Shown: positions 54,652 through 64,000 of the stretch, one piece after another
Layout of the letters: every line of letters starts with the position of its first letter
Numbering within the stretch: the first letter of the stretch is position 1
NCBI GenBank assembly: GCA_028023455.1
Contig: JAQFVV010000010.1
Coordinates: 17,236,001 to 17,300,000 of the forward strand
Direction: 5' to 3'
Origin: Epiperipatus broadwayi
Lineage: Eukaryota; Animalia; Onychophora
DNA: 64,000 bases
Translations under genes and position numbers: made by a program
Notes under the pieces: generated by a model
Database searches by the model: none
Told to the model about the DNA's origin: nothing
The model's input: only the letters and a program-made list of their open reading frames with translations

Positions 54652-54735
54652 TAGCATGGGATTTGAACCTGGACTGTTAGATTCTTGGGTATTGAATTTT
54701 AAGGTAATGCTCTAACCAACTGAGCCACTCTGCTA
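54652..54735 (-). promoter_or_regulatory. tRNA-derived module with Pol III A and B boxes
   Basis: Minus: AGCAGAG TGGCTCAGTTGG TTAGAGC ... GTCCA GGTTCAAATCC CATGCTA. The anticodon region is expanded and the T/acceptor 3' side is incomplete, so this is not a canonical tRNA. Confidence 0.8.
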
Positions 54736-55194
54736 AAGACAACAGTCAGTAGAAATTTCATATACATATGTATGAAGTTCCTCCTGATTTCTTCACTTTT
54801 CCCTAAGAGCAAAGTTGATTAGTGGTTTCCATACATTATGTATAGTCACATTAGATTGGCTTATATTGGCGAGACCAGTCGTCCCATTTAAAAGCAATTT
54901 CAAGAACACAAACTGATAATTAGAAAAGAGAAAACAGATGTGTCTAAGGTAGTAGACCATGAATGTGCCAATGAACATATGTTCAATTGGGAAAATACAA
55001 AAACATTGGATAGAGAAGAAAAGGTACAAAAAAGAAAATTTAACAAACTGCTCACATGACAATGGCAAAAAATTCCATAAGCCAACCTAGTGTGACTATA
55101 CATAATATATGGAAATTTTTCTCTGAGGAAAAAGTAGAGAAATCAGGAGGAACCTCATAGGTAAGTATATGAAATTTCTACTGACAGTTGCCTT

Positions 55195-55278
55195 TGGCAG
55201 GATGACTCAGCTGGTTAGAGTGTTATCTTAAAATTTAATACTCAAGAATATAAGGGTTCAGGTTTGAATCCCATGCTA
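55195..55278 (+). promoter_or_regulatory. tRNA-derived module, direct copy, ~35 nt after the PLE stop codon
   Basis: GGCAGGA TGACTCAGCTGG TTAGAGT ... GTTCA GGTTTGAATCC CATGCTAG. Confidence 0.75.
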
Positions 55279-57399
55279 GTACTGTCACTGGTCAGGCCAG
55301 TAACACCTGAAGAAGAGGGATGAATAATACCTCTCAAAATAGTGTACATATACTAACCTGTTTGATGTGCTATTACTAACAGTTGAATGTATTTGGAATA
55401 TTTAAATAAAGTTAAATTTTTCTAAAGACATTCAATACTTATATTAGATGGTGGAAATAGTCCAATAAAAAATACAATTAAAAATTCAAGACTAATACAA
55501 AGCATTAAGACAAGAATATAAACATAGTTTTAAATATTTTACATATTGCTATGTGATATTCAAATATAAAGCAGTTCCATAACTATTCACTTCTTATTAA
55601 CATTATAAATTTGATTAATACATTTTTATAGCAAAATAAGCATAAAATTAATTATTCAAGAGGTAGCTTTGATTATAAAATTTTCATTCAGTTGACCATA
55701 CTGTGAATTGTCCAGAAACCTTTAACTCTTGGGTTAGCTATTCTACTACTGCAATAAAGTAGCATTAGGAAATTAATAATTTTTATTTAATAATTAGAAT
55801 TGAAAAATAGTTTGAACCTGATATTTTTTATTCCATCATTTTTGTTAATTAAATGATACTGATAATAATAATAATAACATTCATTGCAGTCAATGCCCTG
55901 CAAAAATTTGCAAATTGTAGAAACATACAGAAGAAGAGCTAAATGATAAGTCAGTATAAGAGCGAAATGTTATCTTTTTTTGTAATGTTTAGCACAAGAT
56001 ATTATTCATTCTCATGATTTTGTATTCATTTTTAGTATTGGATATTTATTTATCCATTTTTATACTCGTGCCATAAATAATATTAGGCATTTATTTATTC
56101 ATTCTATTCTATACTATTAAATGTAATATCATACTTACATCTCTGTCCAGTAATGTCTCAGAAACTGTATTGCCTATACCTGTTTAACTTCCATATAATA
56201 ATAATATCATTATTTTTTTTTTAAAAAAAGAAAAAAATAATACATTTTCAAGTTATTAATGAATGCATTTAATTTAATGAAAGTTATTTATCATGTTGGG
56301 TAGGAAGTTTTTCATAATCCTCACTACTAAATGAATGCATACAAATAATATATACTAAACATAAATGTATAAAATGAACAAAGGATTTTTTTTTTTTCAA
56401 ATAAATTACCAGATTTTTTTTAAGTTTTAAATAGTTTTCACTGTGAGGTTGAAAGGCATTTTTAGACAAGGAGTTTCAATAAAGTTTCTTCTCAGTTTCA
56501 GTAATCAGATTGACCCCTTTTTATAATAAAAATGTTAATTTAGATTGTGCTTTATGCAAAAAAGTGAAGCTTATCTCCATCTTATTACTAATCAAAGGTG
56601 AAGTAATAAACTAGTATTTTATTTCAATAAAAATATTCAGGTTTTATCTAATTAACCAAATATTTTTAATATATTTTTCAGCATCCCTGTATTTAATTTA
56701 CTAAATTATTATGCTGATGCATTAGCAGTTTCAAATGTTCATTTTAGTCAAATATTTAAATAGTCTGACATGGGAATCTAAGAACAAGAATGCTGAAAAA
56801 TGTATTAACACTGATTAATTAGTTAAAATCAGAAATTATATATAATGTTGGAGAAATGCTATATTTAATAATATTACAAATATTTGACTTATAATTTTTT
56901 ACATGCATGAGCATTAAAATGAATAAAAAATGAATTCTCCCATGAAAGTTTGAACTAACTTACATATGAATGAGGCTATGATTGGTATTTATATGGGGAT
57001 AAAATGGATTTCACTCTAGTTAAGAACTTAGTAGATCTGCTATTTTTTTATACACATCTGGGATAGCTAATGTAAATTATATTAGCTTTGTAATCAAGTA
57101 AGGAGTACTGAAAAGTGTATTATCAGTGTTTAGTTAATTAATCAAAACCAAAAGTTACTTAAAATAATTAATATATTTCTTTGATTCCCTTCAAAATAGA
57201 CATTCAAACAATTACTTTATATTTTTTAAAAGTGATTCTAAAAATATTCTTTTTCCCATATAATCCCTTAAATAATTCTTATTATTATTAACAAGATAAA
57301 ACATCATAGACATATTAAGTTTTATTAGTAGTAATATTATTTTTCTATACACAATTTTTTTACTGCTGAGAATATTCCCAGCGAAGTCTCCCATAGTTT

Positions 57400-59200
57400 T
57401 TATTCATTCTTCTAAAATCATCATACCTTATTAATCTATTTTCAATAACTGTTATCATTTTTTTCACTCCAACTCTTTCTGTTCTCTTGATTTATTTTTT
57501 TCTAATCTTTATCTTGTTGGTCTCCTTTTCTATTGGGAACAATTTTTATTCATTTTCTTTTATCATTGTCTATATTTCCTCTCAATGTAATAATACATTT
57601 TGTAGTAGGGTCTCATAAATATCTTTTCATTTTCATTTATATATTTTCACTCCATAAAATTAAGTTGAGCATTTTTATTGCTTGCCTCATTTTATTAATT
57701 TTTACTTTAGATCTCTTTTTCTGATGATGCATTTTTTAAAGGATTTATCCTAAATATTAAAACATGTCCAATTTCATAATTTTTTTTCGTTAATGATCAA
57801 TTCATTTTTTTTTCCTGCCTCCAAATACTCTTTTTCCAAAATTGGTAATTAATACTCAATTGGTATATTTCATTTAATTTTTTCATAATATATTCAATAT
57901 CCTCCCTATTCTTTGCTATAATTAGTTAATTGTCTAAAAATAATAAACTTAATAAATATCTATTATTACATAATCTTGTGCCTCTTTTTCACATTTCATT
58001 GTACATATTTTTAAAACCATATCAATAATATATGACTTTTTCTGTCATAAATTCCTTTGACAACTTCTGTTCTCTGCCCTACCTTTACTTAACATCTATT
58101 TTATTAATATATTTTTTTATTTACATTAGTCAGTAATCATCAGTTCTGTCCATTTTCAATTCTTTTCATAGCAATTTCTGAGAGATACCACCACAACCTT
58201 TCCTCAAGTCAATAAAATATATATCTTTTTATCTATAGTTCAGTCTTCTTCATTAACTGTCTATTTGTAAAAATATATGATCCATATATGATTTTCACAT
58301 TGTAAACCATGTTATATTTTTCAATATCTTCATTATAATGTTTCCACAGTGCATACATTTACTTCTGTCTCTTTTCTTAAAGATTGATGATACTTTTTAA
58401 GGGCTCCTCTTATGGATATTTTTTTCTAATTCACAAATCTGCTAATCAATGTAACAATTTTTTTTTCATTATATTTTATTGCTTCCAAATTAACTTCTGG
58501 TAAACGTAGTCTTCCATTTCTTCTATATTGTATTTCTCTCATTACATCTTCCTCTCAAATTCAAATCCTATATCATCCAGTTTCTATCTTTCACATTCCA
58601 TTATGTTCAATCTTTCTTCGTTTAAAAATATATAGTCTATTCTTTTATTTCAATCATAATCATTTTCATTCTGTGATGTTCTTCTTTTTTTCTAATCCTT
58701 CAAACCTCTGTTAATCTCTAGAATCCTAGTTTTGCTACAATCTCCACACATTTTTAATCTTCAATTTTTCATTCTTTCTTGTTTTAATAATTTTTTTGAT
58801 CATTTATATAATAACCCATAAATTTAGGAGATATTATATATAAACAATCAAAAAAATTTTTTTCCATGTTTTACCTTCTTTGATCCAATCCATTATTGAT
58901 ATCCCCCCCCCCCTTTTTTTTTTTTTTACTTTTTTCATAATATTCTCTGGCATTCAAATTCTTTCTTCATTGTCTCTTTCTGGATTAGAAGTTCATATGT
59001 CCTTTTCTTAATTTTTCTTAATATATATGTAAATTTTTTTTGATATGTTGTACATGTTTTTCTAATTTCTTTTCCATTGTCTAAACAGCGATTTTATACT
59101 TTTATTATTCAACAATTCAACCTTAAACTTTTTCTCATATTGGATCAATAATCTAATCCATATCATTTTTTTTTTTTTACTCTTCATGGCCAAAAACATT
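57400..59200 (-). mobile_element. Highly degenerate LINE endonuclease/linker region (RTE-like)
   Basis: Minus-strand remnants (AATAGACTATAT ~ IDYI near 58635) and a strong purine skew on minus. Confidence 0.4.
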
Positions 59201-59381
59201 GAATCTCATCAAATAATGGCCATTACCACAGTCTGTTTCTCTAAAATCCCTAACAATATTAACCCTGATAGAATTTTTCTGTCCTGTAATGATATAGTCA
59301 ATAATCACTTGGAGATTATTGTTTTTGTCTCAGTGTAACTTTATATACTGTCTAATATTGGAAAAAGTATATAGTGTAATT

Positions 59382-62032
59382 CAGGGGTTGCCAAACTTTT
59401 TTGATCATGGACCCCTATATAATTTTTCGAAATCTCTATCGACCCCCATAAAAGTAATTTTCAGTTAATTAAAATAAAACGATCTATTAGGTACTGTGTT
59501 TGTACATTTATTTTATGATTTTAAACATTTATTAAAGTAATTTTACATTGTGTAACAATAGTTTTATGAAAAATATCTTAATGTTGAAATTTAAATACCT
59601 TAATATTTATTAAATAATAAGTAATTATAAATAAGTAAAAATAATAAAGTAACTACAGTATTGCTTCTTAATTAATGAGATGGGTGTGCCTGGTGTTATC
59701 TTTGCAAGGCTCGCTATATTGGGTTCGAAATTGGTCAATTTTAATCTTAAATCCCCTCGAAACTCCTCATTTAATTTATTTCTGTACTTAGTTAAGATTG
59801 AATTTACGTGACTGAAACTGGCTTTAACATATAGGAACTTGGAAACACCAGCATAAATGGCTGAGCTATTTCGTTAAGTTTTACATATTTTTGCATTATA
59901 TTTATATTTGTCCAAAATTTGCTTATTTTTAAATTTTTAAGAAGCGTCTTTGCTTCAAGATTCAATAATAATTCAGCAAGCTCATCTTGCAGGTTGATGT
60001 CCACGTTTTCAATTTGAGCAGAAAATGGTGCAATAATCCATTCAGGGATGTCAATGTTTTCCAAATCAACAAAGCGCAGTTTAAAATCGTCGCTTAATTT
60101 TTGAAGATGACTTGTACATATTTTCAAGGCTTCTTCTTTTATTTCTAATTGCCGCAGATTTGAAAAATATTGATGATCCTTACATAGCAATAAAGATGTA
60201 AATAAATTTAATTTTACTTGGAAGCCTAACAGTATTGTCCGAGCTTGGATAATTGTTACATCTTTTCCTTGCAGCTTTGTTTGGACGTCATTAAATTTTC
60301 CAAATAAGTCCGCTAAATAAAAAATTTAGTTTTTATTGTTTTGGAGTTCATCCCTTAGAACAGGATTTATTTCGCTGAGAAATTCTGTCGTGGAGTCAAA
60401 TAACTCAACAAGCCATTGCAAGCATACACCTCTAGACAACCATTAACTTCGGTGCGCAGAAGTAATTGGTTAAATACCTCATTATTTTCCTCACAAAGTT
60501 TGGAAAATAATCTTGATTTAAGAGGTTGGGCTTTAATTTGATTGATACACTTAATACAAAACTGTAAAGCTTTATGTAACTCTGGACTCAGATATTTTGC
60601 TACTAAGTTGTTTCTATGCAACACGCAATGAATAGTAAGTCTACTGGGCACTTCTTTGAGAAATCTAGCAAAATCTCAGTAATGCCCTACCATAGCAGGT
60701 GTGCCATCTGTGGCTACTGCTATTATATTTTCAAGTGGAATATCATATTTATTTAAATATTCTTGTAAACATCTAAAAATTGTCACTCCTTTTCCATCGG
60801 TTTCAAGATATTTAGCAAATAAAAATTCATCAATGACTTGTCCTTTCATTTTACTGAAATATCTAACATACACCATAAGAATAGCAGAAATGCCAAAAAC
60901 ATATTCATCAAGTTGAATAGAGAACTTGCAATTTTTTAGCTCTGAAACTACCATATTTTCTATTTCTTCTGCCATTTCATCAATACACCATTTTACAGAA
61001 TTTACACTTAATGGCAAGGACTTTAAAACCTTAACGGAGTCTTTTTTCATTACATTCTCAATGACGTCTTTAATTGCAGGTATTACAATTTCTTCAGCGA
61101 GTGGGTGTGGTTTTCCCCTCTTTGCTATATTAAGCGAAATCTTGTATGAAGCTATTAATCCTCCTTCAGTTTCAACTTCAGTAGACTGCTTCATAAAACT
61201 TTTTATAGCTGGTCGACATGTGACTTTTTCTTTAAGTTTTTTGAAAAATTCAAGTTCTTTATTTTTTTTTATCTGAGTGAACCCTTTCAAGATGATCTTT
61301 CATTTTTGACGGTTTCATGTAGTCATTTCCAAAAGTTTTTTCGCACAGAAGACACATAGGAATCGTTTCATTTGTCGATGAACAAATAAATCTAAATTTC
61401 AAATAATCCAATAAAGAATACCGATATTTCTTTTTAGAAACAGAAGCTGCCATTTTTTAATTAGGGTTCTATAAATAAGTTAAAAATAAGTTGGTATACT
61501 ATACTAATCCATATTGTTAATACTTACCTTCTTTTTTACATTTATTGATAATTAAAATTGATATCTAAACTAAACGAATAGTTTTATAAAAACTATAACT
61601 AATTATCCAATACTATGAACGTAGTAATAATGACACTGCAAATATTTAACACTGTTCACAATTTGCAAAGATAGCTGAAACTGCATATGATATTTGCATT
61701 TGTAACATCAACGCTCGTGACATTTGGACAAGCGCACATATGCATATGACTCATAAGACAGAAGTGCTGAGTTCGCGCCGCTGCGCGCTGATATGTAAAT
61801 ATTTGTTTCACCCGAATAAATATACATTTATTAATTTATTTTCTATAAAGAAACTGATATTAAGTCAATTATAAAAACATTCACAAATTTTACATATGCA
61901 GTTAGGTATGTGCGATTTGCATATTAAGAATTGTTTTTCCTTCGACCCCCAATTGACCCCTAGTTTAGATCAACCCCTACTATTGTTAAATAAACCCCTG
62001 GGGGTCCATATAGACCACTTTGGTGACCTCAG
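59382..62032 (-). mobile_element. hAT (Buster/SPIN-type) transposon, near full length, decayed
   Basis: Left TIR CAGGGGTTGCCAAACT; right TIR reverse complement CTGAGGTCACCAAAGTG. Degenerate 8-bp TSD GTGTAATT / GTATAACC. Subterminal GACCCC repeats. Confidence 0.9.
59672..61453 (-). pseudogene. Frameshifted BED-finger hAT transposase (ZBED5/SCAND3-like)
   Basis: MAASVSKKKYRYSLLDYLKF..PMCLLCEKTF..MKPSKMKDHLERVH; FSIQLDE; ATDGTPAMVG; IHCVLHR; ends QAHPSH*. Several frameshifts. Confidence 0.95.
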
Positions 62033-62700
62033 GTATAACCGGTTGGCTACATGGCTGCACTAAAAGAAAAAGATAATAAAAATAGATAGTTGGCAGTATA
62101 TTCCTCAGGTTTAATTAAAGGATTATTTCATTAATGGGGGAAAATAATATTTAATTTTTTAGATCTATTTTTTAAAGGGTCATTATTTAACTCAATATTT
62201 TTAAGTCCTCATATGATAGTATGAGAATTATTAAACAATTTGTTAATAGTAATATGATTTTAATATGGAAATTATTTTAATAAAGTATAAATAATTGTGA
62301 AAGAATGTAAACAAGTTTTTTTACTCTCTCCCTAATTAGTAGTTTTAATTTAAACTAAAATGTACTAAGAAAAGAAACATTCTTTTTATTTGTTTTTGTA
62401 CTTTATTTAATTAATATTAATTTTAATCTTTTTTTTTAAAGAGATTAAGTTTTATGTTTAAGTGTATTTTTTTAAAAGAAAAAAATTTGTAATACCTTTG
62501 TAAATTTTATTTTTAATCAGAGTTGTTTTTCACTGTCTTTGATTAAAGAGGTAAATAACTGAACAATTGTACCTATGGGATTCCCGTTTATTTAATTTGT
62601 TGTTGTGGAAATTAAGGTTTGAGAGACAGATTGTGATTGGCTTGTGGGCAAGATTGTTCTAGAAAAAATATATAGTGGGGAGCAATAAATGAGAAGATAC

Positions 62701-62750
62701 TAGCAGCTGATAAGAGGTAGAACATTACCTAACAGCTGTTTAAGAAAGAG
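62701..62750 (+). ncRNA. Possible decayed hammerhead motif
   Basis: CTGATAA GAGGTA GAACAT TACCT --- AAC AGCT GTT. Stem II and the palindromic stem III are present, CGA is missing and stem I is poor. Confidence 0.35.
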
Positions 62751-64000
62751 TAGCCCAAGCTTAATCCAACTGTTAAAGAAAAAAGAAACATACATCTTTA
62801 TCAAGCTATTAAATATAATAGCAGATATTTTAATCAAGCTTTTAGCATACTATTGAGTTTAGCCCTAAAAATGGTTTGTACAATGAAATTCATGTGCTAA
62901 ATTCAGCTAAAAGCTAGGCATCATCTTCCATGTGACCTACCTTCACTGGAAGAAAATATAGGAAAGGTAACTCCCTAAAGTCATCTGAAACTTTGCCTTC
63001 AACTAAGAGCATGAGTCTCTGTCTATATCTGTCTCATCTGGAAATTCAAAAAAAAAACCAAATGGAATAATTTATTTTTCATTTATGTGGAATTGCTACT
63101 GATCCAGAAAATGACAAATTTAAGCAGGCCCATCTTTAGAAGCCTTCAAAGAGAAACACAATCAGAAAAGACTGGAAATTGTAATTTGAAAGCCCTCCAT
63201 AAACAAGAAAGCCATAGCTAGAGGTATTATTTTCTATGTGTGCACACTATTTTTTATTGTTAATAAAAATATATTTTTTTGTTTCATATAAGTAATAATG
63301 TTTTTTTGTGTTACTTTTTTTTCCCTAAAAATCCAGTCAAGTTTCTATTACAAATGGTAAAATAGTTTTAAAGAGAAAAAAAAAAATCTGTTGTAAAGTT
63401 AAAAAAAAAAATTTCTTACTAAGCTGAATCAAAGATTATTACCTCATATTCTGAACATGTTAATTAATTCTTAAATATTTTAAAGAAATTGAACCAAGAT
63501 GATTTTGGAAATATTGTAAAAATACAAAAAAGAATCTTAATCATTTTAAACAAATAGTTTAATGAATTTAGAATTAATCCATGACTAAAATCAACTGATT
63601 GATTAATATAATTTATCAAATTATATATATATTGATGGAGTGGATGTTTGAAATTACCCACTATCATGTCATTTTTTTGTTGTTAAGTAATTAGAAATTC
63701 AATAATTGTTTACTCTTAGTTGCTTTATTCTATCCAATTCCTGTTTCATGAATTGTAGTGTGTGTGATCTTACATCATGACAGCTTATATTCTAGGATTT
63801 ATTTTCTTTGATGATCCCAATAAAACTATTTATTTATAAGGGTGCCTATGATTTACTTTATTTCTCTCTTGCTCACAGCAATAAATAATAGAGCTCTTGC
63901 TTCCTGAGCTAAATTCATGCATAACAGTTTTATAGAAAAGCGGTGCGTATTAGTGTTTATGGTCATCCAGTTGATTATCACCCTGGGTTGGCACAAAGAG

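Larger units (their letters stand above)
54455..55480 (+). mobile_element. 5'-truncated PLE with inverted 5' copy: inverted arm 54455-54864, GIY-YIG C-terminus 54858-55160, tRNA-like module 55195-55278, HHR 55299-55354
   Basis: Plus strand AYIGETSR...EHK..IRK...HMFNWENTKTLDRE...SISQPSVTIHNIWKF...TS* (stop 55158-55160). 54455-54864 mirrors 55077-55480. Confidence 0.88.

Noticed and set aside
54652-54735. Functional intron-containing tRNA gene
   Set aside because: The T stem and acceptor 3' strand are incomplete and the anticodon stem is mismatched; the isotype is unassignable (only partial Phe-like similarity). Treated as a tRNA-derived module.
55161-55187. GTAAGT...CTGACAG after the PLE stop, possible pLTR intron
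   Set aside because: Too short (27 nt), and the donor is not conserved in the inverted copy.
62930-64000. Possible exons near the window end (62945-63040 minus; 63935-64000 plus, KAVRISVYGHPVDYHPGLAQR)
   Set aside because: Splice-like signals and short open frames only; no recognisable product, and the last is truncated by the window edge.
1-64000. CRISPR arrays, rRNA, snRNA, prokaryotic systems
   Set aside because: No regularly spaced repeat-spacer arrays or rRNA/snRNA motifs seen; the sequence is eukaryotic intronic/intergenic DNA.

Overview
Strongly AT-rich, CpG-poor invertebrate (metazoan) genomic DNA. The only host gene I can support is a novel-class protein kinase C (PKC epsilon/eta type) on the minus strand. 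Exon 1 CDS (45877-46218) and exon 2 (45570-45633) encode its C2 domain. I found no further exon, so bases 1-45569 are probably one very large intron. The rest is decayed mobile DNA: several RTE-clade LINE copies, two hAT (Buster/Charlie-type) transposons and at least three Penelope-like element (PLE) remnants. The ORF track misses the most notable signal: a dense set of minimal type-I hammerhead ribozyme (HHR) motifs. I count about 13 copies in five sequence families between 20 and 56 kb, plus one weak candidate at 62.7 kb, most in head-to-head inverted structures. They include (i) a PLE whose 3' terminal region has a tRNA-derived Pol III promoter between the GIY-YIG stop codon and the HHR, (ii) a ~360-bp tandem retrozyme-like unit, and (iii) an HHR palindrome inserted inside that retrozyme. 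A 2.1-kb segment (14911-17048) that splits an RT motif looks like a long-read or assembly artefact. All coordinates, alignments and RNA folds were read by eye; none were computed.
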